Assembly: GCA_963675755.2 (NCBI GenBank)
Contig: CAXXMD010000001.1
Location: forward strand, 96,001-160,000
Direction: 5' to 3'
Source of the DNA: a bacterium
Lineage (GTDB): Bacteria; Zhuqueibacterota; Zhuqueibacteria; Residuimicrobiales; Krinioviventaceae
Length of the DNA stretch: 64,000 bases
Below, in pieces: positions 40,208 through 51,661 of this stretch. Below the pieces are notes generated by a model. The model made no database searches. It was not told the DNA's origin and saw only the letters and a program-made list of their open reading frames with translations. Every line of letters begins with the position of its first letter. Position 1 is the stretch's first letter. A program made the position numbers and the translations under genes.

Positions 40208-41452
40208 ATGGAAGCTATGGATATAATTACCGGTCTTGATATCGGTACAACAAAAATTGGTTGTTTTATAGCAGAAATCAGTCCAACCGGTAGATTGAAA
40301 ATCATCGGTGTGAGCACTGTACCTTCTGATGGTTTGCGATATGGAGTAGTCGTTGATATTGATAAAACCGTCGTGTCAATTCGTAATGCCATTAAAAAAG
40401 CTGAAGAAATGGCAGGCATTGAGGTAGATCTGGTTTTTGCTGGTATTGCGGGAGACCATATTCGCAGTATTAATGGTAGAGGAGTAGTTGCAATATCCGG
40501 AGAAAATGGTGAAGTGTCATCAGATGATGTTCGCCGGGTTATAGACGCTGCAAAAGCAGTTGCGCTGCCTATAGACAGAGAGATAATTCATATTTTGCCG
40601 CAAGAATTTATCGTTGACGATCAGCGTGGTATTCGTGACCCGGTCGGTATGAAAGGTGTTCGCCTTGAAGCCGAAGTTCACATTGTTACCGGTGCTATTG
40701 CATCTGCGCAAAACATTCATCGGTGTATTGAACGCGCGGGCTATGGAGTCGCGGATCTTGTTTTGGAACCGCTGGCATCTAGTTTTTCTGTACTGACTGA
40801 TGATGAAAAAGAATTGGGTGTAATTCTTATAGATATTGGCGGCGGTACCAGCGATATAGCCATGTTTTATGAAGGTTGTATACGTCATACCTCTGTTGTG
40901 GCTTTAGGCGGTAGGAATGTAACCAATGACCTTGCAATTGTATTAAGAACACCCCTTGATGCGGCTGAAAAATTAAAAATCAATCATAGCAGTGTGCTTC
41001 ACGAAGAAGATGATAAAGACAAAATTGTTGAAGTAGCTGGCGTGAATAACCGTGCACCCCGCAAGATTTCTAAAGGACTGTTGGTTGATATTGTTCAACC
41101 TCGTCTGGTTGAGATTTTGACGCTCTGTTATGAAGAAGTACGCAAGTCAGATTACATTAATTTAATGACCACAGGACTGGTACTTACCGGTGGTGGTTCT
41201 ATGATACCAGGAACAGTTGAACTTGCTGAAGATATTTTTAATATGCCTGTTAAAATTGGTATTCCCCAGGGTTTTTCAGGTCTTGTAGAAGAAGCCCAGA
41301 ATCCCAAGTTTGCAACAGGTGTGGGACTGGTTCAATATGGCTATTTGCACCACGGAGAAATATTTGAAGCACTGGAAGGTGAAGAAGGAATTTTTGATTC
41401 CATTAAAAAACGTTTTCGTCGCTGGTTCAGTAGTGTAACCACTATGTATTAA
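40208..41452 (+). CDS. ftsA: Cell division protein FtsA
   Basis: 'GLDIGTTK', 'GVRLE', 'DIGGGT', 'VLTGGG'; C-terminal amphipathic helix. Confidence 0.96.
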   Translation: MEAMDIITGLDIGTTKIGCFIAEISPTGRLKIIGVSTVPSDGLRYGVVVDIDKTVVSIRNAIKKAEEMAGIEVDLVFAGIAGDHIRSINGRGVVAISGENGEVSSDDVRRVIDAAKAVALPIDREIIHILPQEFIVDDQRGIRDPVGMKGVRLEAEVHIVTGAIASAQNIHRCIERAGYGVADLVLEPLASSFSVLTDDEKELGVILIDIGGGTSDIAMFYEGCIRHTSVVALGGRNVTNDLAIVLRTPLDAAEKLKINHSSVLHEEDDKDKIVEVAGVNNRAPRKISKGLLVDIVQPRLVEILTLCYEEVRKSDYINLMTTGLVLTGGGSMIPGTVELAEDIFNMPVKIGIPQGFSGLVEEAQNPKFATGVGLVQYGYLHHGEIFEALEGEEGIFDSIKKRFRRWFSSVTTMY

Positions 41453-41466
41453 AATTGAGGTTTATA

Positions 41467-41673
41467 ATGAATTATACAGAATTTGAATCTTTTGAAAATG
41501 TAACAATCCCCATGAGCTTAATTGAAGATACACTCGAGTTGCTATTGAATCCTAAACGAATCATTTCGGATTCAAATGAAATTGTTCTGGATTGGAATAA
41601 ACGAACAGAGGTGTATAACCGTTTGTTTGATGTGATGAGAAAATGCAGTAGTACAGAACTCTTGAATAGTTAA
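41467..41673 (+). CDS. Small hypothetical protein (68 aa) between ftsA and ftsZ
   Basis: GAGG 6 nt before ATG; 14 nt after the ftsA stop; fills most of the 300-bp gap; protein-like composition. Confidence 0.55.
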   Translation: MNYTEFESFENVTIPMSLIEDTLELLLNPKRIISDSNEIVLDWNKRTEVYNRLFDVMRKCSSTELLNS

Positions 41674-41756
41674 TAAATACCCTAATGAAAGAATTTTCGG
41701 TTTAGGTTGGTGTTGGGTCCAGCCATGTCCGTATAATTAAATAAAAGGAGTGGGCT

Positions 41757-43178
41757 ATGAGTAATATGACATTTGATTTTGATGATAGCCGCCAGAATGG
41801 CGCTATACTTAAAGTTGTTGGTGTTGGAGGTGCCGGAGGTAATGCAATTAACCGTATGATTGCCGAAGGACTTGCAGGTGTAGAGTTTATTGGTATTAAT
41901 ACTGATGAGCAGGCACTGAACCTTTGTAAAGCACCTGGTAAAGTATATGTTGGTACCAAATCTACACAAGGATTAGGTGCCGGTGCTGATCCTGAAAAAG
42001 GAAAGCGTGCTGTTGAAGAAGACCGTAATGCCGTTTATGACTATCTTTCTGATGCTGATATGGTATTTATTGCTGCAGGAATGGGTGGTGGAACCGGTAC
42101 TGGCGCTTCGCCCATTGTTGCTGAAATTGCTAAAGATATTGGTGCTTTAACTGTCGGTATTGTTACAACTCCATTTATTTTTGAAGGTCCCAAACGCATT
42201 CAACGTGCAGAAGAAGGTATCAATGAGTTAAAAGAGCGAGTAGATACCTTGATTGTTATACCGAATCAGCGTTTGCTTACTATTGTTCCTAAAAATACTC
42301 CACTTGATGCTGGATTTAGATATGCTGATGAGATCCTGTTTAATGCAACAAAAGGTATCTCTGATTTAATTACCATACCTGGTTTGATCAACCTTGACTT
42401 TGCCGATGTTCGTACTATCATGAGTGAAATGGGAGACGCACTGATGGGATGCGGACAAGCCTCTGGTGAAGATCGTGCTAAAATAGCTGCACAGCAGGCA
42501 ATTAACAGTCCACTTTTGGAAGATGTTAGTATTTCAGGTGCATTGGGAGTACTTGTAAATATTACCGGTGGATCAGAAATGAGCTTGCATGAAGTGAATG
42601 AAGCTGCAAGTATTATTTCTGAAGAAGCGGGACCAAAAGCGAATGTTATCTTTGGTTCAGTTATCGATAACACATTGGATGAAGAAATCCGGATTACCGT
42701 TATCGCAACAGGTTTGGCATCACAACGTGGCAAAAAACGATTTAGTATGTATGGTCAATTGAACCGCCCTAAATTTGAAACACACAGTCCATCTGGATCT
42801 GAAAATATTGATCCTCGCGAGATCCCAGCATATGACAGAATAGAAAAAATTAATGAAAAAATGAATCAGAGTGCCAATATAGATATGCAATCTGTAAACC
42901 AGGCCAAAAAAATGAATCAACCTCGATATGAAGAACCTAAAGCAGAGCCAACCCCTAACCCTGAGCCTCGTTTTGAGCACGTTGATCATACCAGCAATGT
43001 AAGTCATGACAATGGTTCAAATGGGTATGGAAACTCTTCCAATGGCTCAAATGGTTATGGCAATTCTTCAAACGGTTCAAATGGATATGATAAACCTGCA
43101 AATGGATATACAAATGATGATTATCAAATCCCGGCATATAAACGTAAAAAATGGAATATGTTTGGTGATTTGGATTAA
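41757..43178 (+). CDS. ftsZ: Cell division GTPase FtsZ
   Basis: '[11 protein letters not shown]', 'GMGGGTGTG', 'INLDFADV', 'VIATG'. Confidence 0.97.
   Translation: MSNMTFDFDDSRQNGAILKVVGVGGAGGNAINRMIAEGLAGVEFIGINTDEQALNLCKAPGKVYVGTKSTQGLGAGADPEKGKRAVEEDRNAVYDYLSDADMVFIAAGMGGGTGTGASPIVAEIAKDIGALTVGIVTTPFIFEGPKRIQRAEEGINELKERVDTLIVIPNQRLLTIVPKNTPLDAGFRYADEILFNATKGISDLITIPGLINLDFADVRTIMSEMGDALMGCGQASGEDRAKIAAQQAINSPLLEDVSISGALGVLVNITGGSEMSLHEVNEAASIISEEAGPKANVIFGSVIDNTLDEEIRITVIATGLASQRGKKRFSMYGQLNRPKFETHSPSGSENIDPREIPAYDRIEKINEKMNQSANIDMQSVNQAKKMNQPRYEEPKAEPTPNPEPRFEHVDHTSNVSHDNGSNGYGNSSNGSNGYGNSSNGSNGYDKPANGYTNDDYQIPAYKRKKWNMFGDLD
43011..43100 (+). repeat. 3x30-bp in-frame tandem repeat in the ftsZ linker ([10 protein letters not shown])
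   Basis: Units at 43011, 43041 and 43071 with synonymous divergence. Confidence 0.85.
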
Positions 43179-43262
43179 GTTGAAAACCCCACTCCCATGG
43201 CGCTCGACATCCCAACTCGTACAATTGGTATAGCCAATTGTTGAGCGAGCTGCCTATAAAAC

Positions 43263-43296
43263 AAAAAAAGGCCCCAAATTATGGGGCCTTTTTTTT
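43263..43296. terminator. Intrinsic terminator after ftsZ
   Basis: AAAAAAAGGCCCCA-AATTA-TGGGGCCTTTTTTTT. Confidence 0.88.
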
Positions 43297-43310
43297 ATTC
43301 ACTAAAAATG

Positions 43311-43337
43311 AAAAAAGCTTCTGAAAACAGAAGCTTT
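43311..43337 (-). terminator. Intrinsic terminator after rpmB
   Basis: AAAGCTTCTG-AAAA-CAGAAGCTTT with an A-run on the left side. Confidence 0.7.
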
Positions 43338-43363
43338 ATAAATAAATAGAAGAAATTTTGGAA

Positions 43364-43555
43364 TTACAGGGCCTTTTCTACTTTACCAGAACGAAGGCAA
43401 CGTGTGCAGACATATGCATTTTTAACCGAACCTTCATGGCGAATTCTCAATTTTTTGAGATTTGGCATCCAACGACGTTTCGATAGATTGTGTGCGTGAC
43501 TAACATTGTTACCTACTAATGGCCCTTTTCCACATATGCTACATTTCTTTGCCAT
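43364..43555 (-). CDS. rpmB: 50S ribosomal protein L28 (Zn-binding form)
   Basis: '[15 protein letters not shown]....KRRW.PNL', 'CTRCLRSG'. Confidence 0.96.
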   Translation of the reverse strand: MAKKCSICGKGPLVGNNVSHAHNLSKRRWMPNLKKLRIRHEGSVKNAYVCTRCLRSGKVEKAL

Positions 43556-43759
43556 TTTTAACTCCTGTATGGAAATTTATTCTATATTTCAACAATAAAG
43601 CTTATCAATATATATAATTAAACCTTTAAAATCAAGTTTTAAATTAAAAATTATAAATATTTGTGCTTTTTCTGTTAATTTTTTGGATTTAAAATCCAAT
43701 ATTGTATTTAAATATTAAATACATTACATTATTTATTATAATATTTTGAGGTTAGCGGG

Positions 43760-44935
43760 ATGCGTTTCAATATTTCAATCGTTTTAATATTGGTTTTGTC
43801 TCTTATTTCTTTTTCAAATACCAATCCACTTTATGTAAAAACAGACAAGAGTGACTTTGAAAAGAACCCAGCTTTGCTTGAGCGAATTATAGAATCACCA
43901 CATGGATATTTTCGATTTATTAATATTGAATTCAGCCAATTTATTTGTGATACTTTTAAAGATATTATTGAACAAGCTCCTTCTTTAAATCTGCATGGTG
44001 ACGCCCATCTTGAGCAATATGCGGTAACAGACCTGGGTAGAGGATTAACAGACTTTGATGATTCTTCAACAGGTCCCGGAATAATTGATTTAATGCGCTT
44101 TATTGTTTCTCTTCGACTGACTTGTTACCAACTTGGATGGGAAGAAAATACTGACGAGTTGGTTGACGAATTTATTTTGGGTTATATTAACTCGCTTGAT
44201 AATCCGGATTTATTTCCACAGGAACCGGATATTGCAAAACATATTAGAACTAAATTTAAACACGATAGAGAAGCCTATTTTGATTGGATAGACTCTATAA
44301 TGCTACCCATGCCCGAGTCTGAAAAGGACTCGATTATTGTGGCAATGGGTTTTTATGTTGAAACTTCTTTGATGGAAAATCCCGAGTTGAATAGCGATTT
44401 TTATAATGTAATAGATATGGGATATCTTAAAATGGGTATTGGCAGTGCTCTTGATTTAAAGTATGTTGTTCGTGTTAAAGGAAGTACTGATGATCCTGAT
44501 GACGATATTGTACTTGAAATTAAACAGGTAAGAGATTTAACCGGTATAGATTGTATTCAAACCGGCCAAAAGCAGGATCCATTCAGGATACTTGTTGGAC
44601 AGTCCCGAATCGCTTATCAACCATTTCACCATTTGGGTTATTTTCGTTTCAGAAATATGAATTTTTGGGTGCATTCGTGGGTCGATAACTATAAGGAATT
44701 ATCTATAGAAAAAAGTTATACGCATCCTTTCGAGTTGAAGCAGGTAGTTTATGATGTAGGTGTTCAATTGGGTAAAGGACATGTTAAACATATTGCTGCC
44801 CCTTTTGATCTGCATGTAAGGCTTGAACAAATTAATCTTGTTGCTAAAAACAAAGAGAGAATTTTACGCGAAGGCAAAATTCTCTCTCAAAATGTGATAC
44901 AAGCCTGGGAATTATTTAAAAAATCTATAGAGTAA
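43760..44935 (+). CDS. DUF2252-family kinase-like protein with an N-terminal signal-like segment
   Basis: 'SPHGYFR', 'LHGDAHLEQY', 'DFDD...GP...DL.R', 'GIGS', 'VLEIKQ'. Confidence 0.65.
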   Translation: MRFNISIVLILVLSLISFSNTNPLYVKTDKSDFEKNPALLERIIESPHGYFRFINIEFSQFICDTFKDIIEQAPSLNLHGDAHLEQYAVTDLGRGLTDFDDSSTGPGIIDLMRFIVSLRLTCYQLGWEENTDELVDEFILGYINSLDNPDLFPQEPDIAKHIRTKFKHDREAYFDWIDSIMLPMPESEKDSIIVAMGFYVETSLMENPELNSDFYNVIDMGYLKMGIGSALDLKYVVRVKGSTDDPDDDIVLEIKQVRDLTGIDCIQTGQKQDPFRILVGQSRIAYQPFHHLGYFRFRNMNFWVHSWVDNYKELSIEKSYTHPFELKQVVYDVGVQLGKGHVKHIAAPFDLHVRLEQINLVAKNKERILREGKILSQNVIQAWELFKKSIE

Positions 44936-46010
44936 AATTAACTCCTCGTTTTTCTGCAATTTCATCCAATGTTTTAAATACAGTATCTTGAATGGGTATG
45001 CCTTTGCTCATATATTCATCGTGCTTGTCGTATTCTTTTTCACCATGAATATAGATATGAGGTTCGTCTTTGGCTTTTGCCGAATTGGTAATTCTTTCAA
45101 TCAGATCGTCCATATTTGCAGTAAATGTATTATAATCAACAAAACAGTCTACATTAATTGCCATAAAAAAGTGACTGACATTGGCAGGTGCGGGCTTGCC
45201 ATCTTTGGGTTTGTTGACCAGGTTTGCATAAGCACCACCCGAGAGCACACCACTTAGCACATCAACCAAAACTGCCATGCCATAGCCTTTATAACCGCTG
45301 TACAATTCACCAGCACCACCTAAAGGAAGTATTCCGCCACCCAATCTTTGCAATACATTGTTTAAGACTGTACCGGGATCAGTCATAACCAGTCCTTCAG
45401 TATCTACAGCCCAACCTTCAGGCATTTGCTTGTGTTCGCGATTATATACTTCGAGTTTTCCTCTGGGAACAACAGATGTTGCCATATCCAGAACAAAGGG
45501 GCGTTTATTCTTTGTGGGTACTGCAAAACTGATAGGATTGGTACCAATTACCATCTCTTTTCCAAAAGTTGGAACAACCAGTGGAGCCGAGTTGGTCATT
45601 GAAATACCAATCATGTTTTCTTTGAGGATCATCATGCTGTAATAGCCGGCAATTCCGTAATGGTTCGAGTTTTTTACAGTTACCATACCAATGCATGATG
45701 TCTTGGCTTTTTGAATGGCAAGTTTTGTTGCAAAATAACCGTTGAGTTGCCCTAATCCCGCATTGCCTTCAATTGCGGCAGTTACGGGATTTTCTTTAAT
45801 GATTTCAGGCTTTGCTTGTGGAAAGATGGTACCGTTTTCCATTCCGTCAACATATCGTTTCAACCTGGCGACACCGTGCGAAGGTATGCCACGAAGATCA
45901 GACATAACCAGAATGTCAGCACAAACCCCCGCGTCCTGACTTGACAGATTAAATGTTGAAAAGATGTTTTGAGTGAATTCTTTTAGATCTTCAAATTTAA
46001 CCGTCGGCAT
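44925..46010 (-). CDS. Ldh_2 family (malate/L-lactate-type) NAD(P) oxidoreductase
   Basis: 'DLRGIPSHG..RL..Y', 'SNHYG', 'GTNPI', 'LDMATS', 'YKGYG'. Confidence 0.9.
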   Translation of the reverse strand: MPTVKFEDLKEFTQNIFSTFNLSSQDAGVCADILVMSDLRGIPSHGVARLKRYVDGMENGTIFPQAKPEIIKENPVTAAIEGNAGLGQLNGYFATKLAIQKAKTSCIGMVTVKNSNHYGIAGYYSMMILKENMIGISMTNSAPLVVPTFGKEMVIGTNPISFAVPTKNKRPFVLDMATSVVPRGKLEVYNREHKQMPEGWAVDTEGLVMTDPGTVLNNVLQRLGGGILPLGGAGELYSGYKGYGMAVLVDVLSGVLSGGAYANLVNKPKDGKPAPANVSHFFMAINVDCFVDYNTFTANMDDLIERITNSAKAKDEPHIYIHGEKEYDKHDEYMSKGIPIQDTVFKTLDEIAEKRGVNFTL

Positions 46011-46036
46011 CACTACACCTCATATGTTTAATGAAT

Positions 46037-48739
46037 TTATTTTAACATATCACGCAGAACGGTTTGTAAAATACCTCCCTGACGGTAATATGTGATTTCA
46101 ACAGGTGTATCCAGGCGCAGTGTTACAATGAATGATGTTGTTTTACCGGTTTCGTCTACTGCTTTAACAATAATTTCCTGCATGGGTTGTAAATCGTCTG
46201 TCAGTTGAATGGAATACTGTTCATAACCTGTAAGGCCCAAAGATTTTGCAGAATCGTTTTCTTTGAACTGTAATGGGAGAACTCCCATTCCTACCAGATT
46301 ACTTCTATGGATACGTTCAAAACTTTCAGCAATAACAGTTTTAACTCCCAGCAACAAGGTTCCTTTGGCAGCCCAGTCTCTTGAACTTCCTGTACCATAC
46401 TCTTTGCCTGCCAAGACAACCAGGGGAGTGTTTTCTTTTTTGTACATTTCTGCGGCATCATAGATCCACATTTGCGTCTTATCCGGCAAGTGTAATGTTA
46501 CGCCACCTTCAGTTCCCGGTGCAAGGAGATTCTTTAAGCGAATGTTGCCAAATGTACCCCGTACCATGATTCTATCATTTCCGCGTCTGGAACCATAAGA
46601 GTTGAAATCTTTTGGTTCAATTCCCATTGATTTAAGGTATGTGGCAGCCGGACTGTCTTCAGGAATAGCCCCTGCCGGAGAAATGTGGTCTGTTGTTACG
46701 GAATCACCCAATAACGCGAGAACGCGTGCATTGTTGATTGAAGCAATCGGCTCGGGGTTGGGTTGCATATCAATGAAAAAGGGTGGTTCTTGAATATAAC
46801 TGGAATCTGCCTGCCATTGATATAATGCTGAGGAGGTAACTGGAATATCGTTCCATTGCGGACTGTATGAATTGACATCTGCATACATCTTTTTGAATAC
46901 CTCTGCGTCAGCAGCTTTTGCTACATATGAAAGGATTTCTTTTTGTGTTGGCCAAATGTCTTTGAGATATACGGATTCACCAGAAGATGTTTTACCCAGT
47001 GGTTCGTTTTCAAGATCTACGTCAACTGTGCCGGCAATAGCATATGCAACAACCAACGGAGGAGATGCAAGATAATTTGCTTTCGTATAGGGATTGACCC
47101 TGCCTTCAAAATTACGGTTACCACTTAGAACTGAAGCTGCAACAAGGTCTTGTTCTTTTATAGCAGCTGAAACTGCTTCCGGTAATGGACCGCTATTACC
47201 AATACAGGTTGCACAGCCATATCCTACCGTATGAAAACCAAGCTTTTCGAGATATTCTGTTAGTCCTGCTTTATCCAAATAGTCTGTAACTACTCTTGAA
47301 CCAGGAGCCAGGCTGGTTTTAACATAACCCGGTACTTTTAATCCTTTTTCTACTGCTTTTTTTGCCAAAAGGCCAGCACCCAGCATGACTGATGGATTAC
47401 TGGTATTGGTACAACTGGTTATGGATGCAATTACTACCGAACCGTGTTTTAACTCATAACCACCATTTATATCAAGTGATGCTTTTCGTGTAAGATCTTT
47501 GTCTTCAAGACTAAATCCACGTTTTTCAGCGGGAGCTGTTAAAATATCTTGAAATGATTTTTTCATATCGGAAAGGTTGATACGATCCTGAGGGCGTTTG
47601 GGACCGGCAAGACTGGGAACAACATCGCCCAAATCCAATTCTATAGTATCTGAGAATTCAGGATCAGGTGTTTGGTCAGTACGGAACAAGCCTTGTTCTT
47701 TAGTATAGCGTTCTACCAGGTCTACTAGATCATCAGAACGTCCTGTACGACGTAAAAAGTTGAGGCTTTCGTTATCCATTGGGAAAAATCCCATGGTTGC
47801 ACCATACTCTGGTGCCATATTGGCAATTGTTGCCCGGTCTGGTAAACTCATGCTGCCTACACCCGGACCATAAAATTCTACAAATTTACCGACAACGCCT
47901 TTTTGTCTCAACATTTCTACTACTTTGAGTGCGATATCCGTTGCGGTTGCACCTTGTGGTACTGCACCGGATAGTTTAAAACCAACGACTTGTGGTGCAA
48001 GCATATAAAGAGGTTGACCCAGCATAACCGCTTCTGCTTCAATTCCACCAACACCCCAGCCTACAATACCCAGACCGTTGATCATGGTTGTATGTGAATC
48101 GGTTCCTACCAGACTGTCCGGATAAACCAGTGTATCACCACCGGATTTGTCTGTAAAAACTCCTCTGGCAAAGTATTCCAGGTTTACCTGGTGGATAATA
48201 CCCACACCTGGAGGGACAACACCAAATTTTTTGAATGCCTGTTGACCCCACTTGAGGAATTCGTAACGTTCGTGGTTACGTTTAAATTCTATATCCATAT
48301 TAAATACGAGTGAACGTGCTTCGCCAAAACTGTCTATCTGCACAGAATGGTCAATAACCAGATCGCAGGGAATAAGGGGTTCGATTTTTTGGGGATCTCC
48401 GCCCAATCGCTGCATTGCAGAACGCATTGCTGCAAGATCTACCAGAGAGGGGACACCGGTAAAATCCTGTAGAATAACTCTGGCTGGTTTAAAGGGTACT
48501 TCTTTTGATGATGGGCTGGATGCCTGCCATTGTGCCAGGTTGAGAACATCCTGCTCGTTTATTATGAAATTATCGCAATTGCGTAAGACGGATTCCAGTA
48601 ATATTTTAATACTGAAAGGAAGTTTGGAAACTGCAAGACCACTTTTGCTTTCCAATGCTTGTAACGCGTACATGTACGCGGTGCCCCCGGCTGTTTTAAT
48701 GGGAGATTTTGCGTCAAAAGAGTTTTGTTTTAAAGACAT
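46037..48739 (-). CDS. acnA: Aconitate hydratase A
   Basis: 'QDFTGVP', 'DHSVQ', 'GTDSHT', 'SCTNTSNP', '[10 protein letters not shown]', 'TTDHISP', '[10 protein letters not shown]'. Confidence 0.96.
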   Translation of the reverse strand: MSLKQNSFDAKSPIKTAGGTAYMYALQALESKSGLAVSKLPFSIKILLESVLRNCDNFIINEQDVLNLAQWQASSPSSKEVPFKPARVILQDFTGVPSLVDLAAMRSAMQRLGGDPQKIEPLIPCDLVIDHSVQIDSFGEARSLVFNMDIEFKRNHERYEFLKWGQQAFKKFGVVPPGVGIIHQVNLEYFARGVFTDKSGGDTLVYPDSLVGTDSHTTMINGLGIVGWGVGGIEAEAVMLGQPLYMLAPQVVGFKLSGAVPQGATATDIALKVVEMLRQKGVVGKFVEFYGPGVGSMSLPDRATIANMAPEYGATMGFFPMDNESLNFLRRTGRSDDLVDLVERYTKEQGLFRTDQTPDPEFSDTIELDLGDVVPSLAGPKRPQDRINLSDMKKSFQDILTAPAEKRGFSLEDKDLTRKASLDINGGYELKHGSVVIASITSCTNTSNPSVMLGAGLLAKKAVEKGLKVPGYVKTSLAPGSRVVTDYLDKAGLTEYLEKLGFHTVGYGCATCIGNSGPLPEAVSAAIKEQDLVAASVLSGNRNFEGRVNPYTKANYLASPPLVVAYAIAGTVDVDLENEPLGKTSSGESVYLKDIWPTQKEILSYVAKAADAEVFKKMYADVNSYSPQWNDIPVTSSALYQWQADSSYIQEPPFFIDMQPNPEPIASINNARVLALLGDSVTTDHISPAGAIPEDSPAATYLKSMGIEPKDFNSYGSRRGNDRIMVRGTFGNIRLKNLLAPGTEGGVTLHLPDKTQMWIYDAAEMYKKENTPLVVLAGKEYGTGSSRDWAAKGTLLLGVKTVIAESFERIHRSNLVGMGVLPLQFKENDSAKSLGLTGYEQYSIQLTDDLQPMQEIIVKAVDETGKTTSFIVTLRLDTPVEITYYRQGGILQTVLRDMLK

Positions 48740-48755
48740 GTTTAATCTTTCATGT

Positions 48756-49424
48756 TTAAGATTCTAACCAATAAACTGTTAATTTTCGCGGGCCATGTGC
48801 GCCCAAAATTAATATTTTTTCTATATCTGCTGTACGGCTGGGACCCGTAATAAAAAGCATATTTTTTTTCTTTTCATCCGGGATAATTTCCATAAGTTCG
48901 AACATATTGGCAACAAGCTGATCTGGCTTTACGACCACATAGATGCTGTCCGGTAAATAGTGGGGAAACAAGCTGGGAATGTTGTCAAGCAATACTACCA
49001 GCGATGCAACATCTGCTATGGCATAATCCACACTTACCAACGATGCTTGCGTATTTGCCAGTGTCGCTTTTCTATCCTGTTCAGGAATGTCAACAGTGTT
49101 TAGACATTGAATATCTGATAGATTTGACATTTGTGAAAAAATGCTATCTGTGCCCATAAATGCGATTGAACTGTTGTTTCCTGCAAGCATGTCTCTATAA
49201 AGATGCTCTACCAGAATTTTTTCACTGGAAACGGTTACAAGCTCTCCTGAAACTGCCTGCAATTCTTTTTCAAACTGTTCTTTAAAGCCTTTATCATCCA
49301 GAGGTGTAATGGATGTTAATTTGGATTCAATTTCTTTTTCAACATAATCCGGTTTTTCCGGTAAATGGGATGAGGTCTTTACTGCCTTTTTAATGGCATT
49401 CAAGATTTTCTCTCTACTTGGCAT
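48756..49424 (-). CDS. lutC: Lactate utilization protein C (LUD domain)
   Basis: 'SREKIL..IK', '[11 protein letters not shown]....GAHGP'. Confidence 0.85.
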   Translation of the reverse strand: MPSREKILNAIKKAVKTSSHLPEKPDYVEKEIESKLTSITPLDDKGFKEQFEKELQAVSGELVTVSSEKILVEHLYRDMLAGNNSSIAFMGTDSIFSQMSNLSDIQCLNTVDIPEQDRKATLANTQASLVSVDYAIADVASLVVLLDNIPSLFPHYLPDSIYVVVKPDQLVANMFELMEIIPDEKKKNMLFITGPSRTADIEKILILGAHGPRKLTVYWLES

Positions 49425-49524
49425 TATCAGTTTCCAAATTTTAGTTAATAATTCTGAGAATAAACAATGAAAAACACAAAAGGTACTAAACAGGACCTTT
49501 CGGGTTGATTATTTTATTAGTCAG

Positions 49525-50922
49525 TTATTTATTTTTTTTCATTTCTAAAAAGCGTTTTCTGAATCCTTTTTTATCAAATTTACCCAAAGCTCTTTCTCCG
49601 GTATATCCGGGAGCCGGAAACGACTGTCCTTTGGGTAATAGCATTTGAAATTTTCCCGGGAACCAGGTGGCAAATCTATAAAGTTTGGGATGTCTGGCAA
49701 GAAATGCCCAAATGTCCATGCCTATTTTTTCAATTTTCATCGAATATCCCTTTTCCACAACATTGTTTCGCAATTTTAGCAGATGGTGAGGGATATTGAT
49801 TCTAACCGGACAGATTTCGTAACATGCTCCACATAAACTGGACAAGTAGGGAGAGTATTTGCCTTCTTTTTCACCGAGATATTGGGGAATCAAAGTAATA
49901 CCTATGGGGCCCATATATACCCAACCGTAAGCGTGACCGCCTATTTGTTGATAAATGGGACATACGTTCAGGCATGCACCACATCGAATACAGAAAAGTG
50001 TCTCACGAAGTTCGGGATCAGCGAGCATTTTGGAACGGCCATTGTCCAAGAGAACAATATGCATCTCTTCAGGACCTTCTTTTAATTTTTGAAAAGCAGG
50101 TCCGCCAACAATATTCACATAAACAGATGCTTTTTGACCTGTTGCGCTTGGACCCAATAGTTTAAGGAATACAGCCAGATCATCCATGTTAGGAATAATC
50201 TTTTCAATTCCCATAACCGCAATATGTGTTTTGGGAACTCCTACAGTTAGACGGGCATTTGCTTCATTTTCAACGACAACAACCGACCCACTCTCGGCAA
50301 CTGCAAAGTTGACACCTGAAATGCCGATATCTGCATTGAGAAATTTCTCTCTTAGGGTGTTTCTGGCTATAGTGAGTAACTCGTTAGGATCTTCAGTGTA
50401 ATCGATACCTAATTTTTCATGAAAAACTTTGCCAATATCCTGACGGTTAAGGTGTAATGCCGGTGCCGTAAGGTGAGAGGGAATTTGTCCCAACAACTGC
50501 ACAATATATTCACCCAAGTCAGTTTCAAGCGTCTCAAGATCATTTTCGATGAGAAAATCATTAAGGTGTAATTCTTCTGTGGTAAGTGATTTTGATTTTA
50601 CAATGGTCTTGGCGTGTTTTTCATGAGCAATGTTTAATATAATCTGTCTTGCTTCTTTGGCATTTGCAGCCCAATGTACATGGATTCCATTGGATACACA
50701 ATTTTTTTCAAATGTTTCCAGATAGGTATCCAGATGTTCCATAACATCACGTTTAATTGAATGAGCTTTGTAGCGTAATTCTTCCCAATAGGGGATTTGT
50801 TCTTTTTTATCGTTACGTTTTGCCAACGATGTCTGTGTTGCTTTATCTACAGATGCTCTTAATCGACTGTCTAGCAATGCTTCTTTGACATATGTTTTGG
50901 TTTTTGTAGGAGAAAGATTCAT
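49525..50922 (-). CDS. lutB: Lactate utilization Fe-S protein B
   Basis: 'KSKS..TEE', 'ETDLGEYIVQL', 'PSH..APA.H', 'CIRCGACLNVCP', 'CGAC..ICPV.I'. Confidence 0.92.
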   Translation of the reverse strand: MNLSPTKTKTYVKEALLDSRLRASVDKATQTSLAKRNDKKEQIPYWEELRYKAHSIKRDVMEHLDTYLETFEKNCVSNGIHVHWAANAKEARQIILNIAHEKHAKTIVKSKSLTTEELHLNDFLIENDLETLETDLGEYIVQLLGQIPSHLTAPALHLNRQDIGKVFHEKLGIDYTEDPNELLTIARNTLREKFLNADIGISGVNFAVAESGSVVVVENEANARLTVGVPKTHIAVMGIEKIIPNMDDLAVFLKLLGPSATGQKASVYVNIVGGPAFQKLKEGPEEMHIVLLDNGRSKMLADPELRETLFCIRCGACLNVCPIYQQIGGHAYGWVYMGPIGITLIPQYLGEKEGKYSPYLSSLCGACYEICPVRINIPHHLLKLRNNVVEKGYSMKIEKIGMDIWAFLARHPKLYRFATWFPGKFQMLLPKGQSFPAPGYTGERALGKFDKKGFRKRFLEMKKNK

Positions 50923-50935
50923 AATAAACCTGCTG

Positions 50936-51661
50936 TTATAAATTCATGCTCTGGGCTAAAATATCTGCAATGTGTATGGCTCTGGCTTTCATATTGTGTT
51001 TACGAAGGTAGCCATCAATATTCATTAAACAACTTGAATCAGTACTGGTAACATAATCTGCACCGCTTTCATCTATGTATTTGCACTTTCTTGCTACCAT
51101 GGAAATAGACATATCTGCATATTTATACGAAAAGGTGCCCCCAAATCCACAACAGGTATCTGATTTTTCCATTTCAATGAAATCAATTCCTTTGATAGAT
51201 TTTAATAACTTGCGGGGTTGTTCCTTGATGCCCAATTCACGAAGAGCATGACAAGAATCGTGATAGGTTACTTTGTGGCTGAATGTGCCATCAACCTTAT
51301 CCATATTTACAACTTTGATTAGAAATTCAGTAAATTCAAAGATTTTACTGCTCAGCTCGTCTCTTGCTGAATGCAATTCCGGATTAATATCAAGTTCATT
51401 ATAAAATTTCCTTACCATAGTCACACAGGAACCGGATGGGGAGACAACATATTCTTTGCCCTGAAAGAGTTTAATGAATCTTTCAGCGACAGGTACAACT
51501 TGTTTACGATATCCGGAATTAAAAGCGGGTTGTCCGCAGCAGGTTTGGTCGTTTACATATTCTATTTCAGCGCCAATGTGCTCAAGAACTTTGACCATAG
51601 AAATAGCCGATTCCGGGTATAAATGTTCGGATAAACATGGAATAAAAAGGGCGACTTTCAT
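50936..51661 (-). CDS. lutA: Lactate utilization protein A (CCG-domain Fe-S protein)
   Basis: 'MKVALFIPC', 'QTCCGQPAFNSG', 'SGSC', 'YHDSCH', 'CCGFGG.F'. Confidence 0.9.
   Translation of the reverse strand: MKVALFIPCLSEHLYPESAISMVKVLEHIGAEIEYVNDQTCCGQPAFNSGYRKQVVPVAERFIKLFQGKEYVVSPSGSCVTMVRKFYNELDINPELHSARDELSSKIFEFTEFLIKVVNMDKVDGTFSHKVTYHDSCHALRELGIKEQPRKLLKSIKGIDFIEMEKSDTCCGFGGTFSYKYADMSISMVARKCKYIDESGADYVTSTDSSCLMNIDGYLRKHNMKARAIHIADILAQSMNL

Noticed and set aside
43011-43100. 30-bp tandem repeats as a possible CRISPR or VNTR element
   Set aside because: There are no spacers; this is an in-frame coding repeat of the FtsZ linker.
43185-43256. Structured 3' region after ftsZ (ACAATTGG-TATAG-CCAATTGT hairpin) as an ncRNA
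   Set aside because: No recognisable RNA family motif; it is explicable as 3' UTR structure before the terminator.
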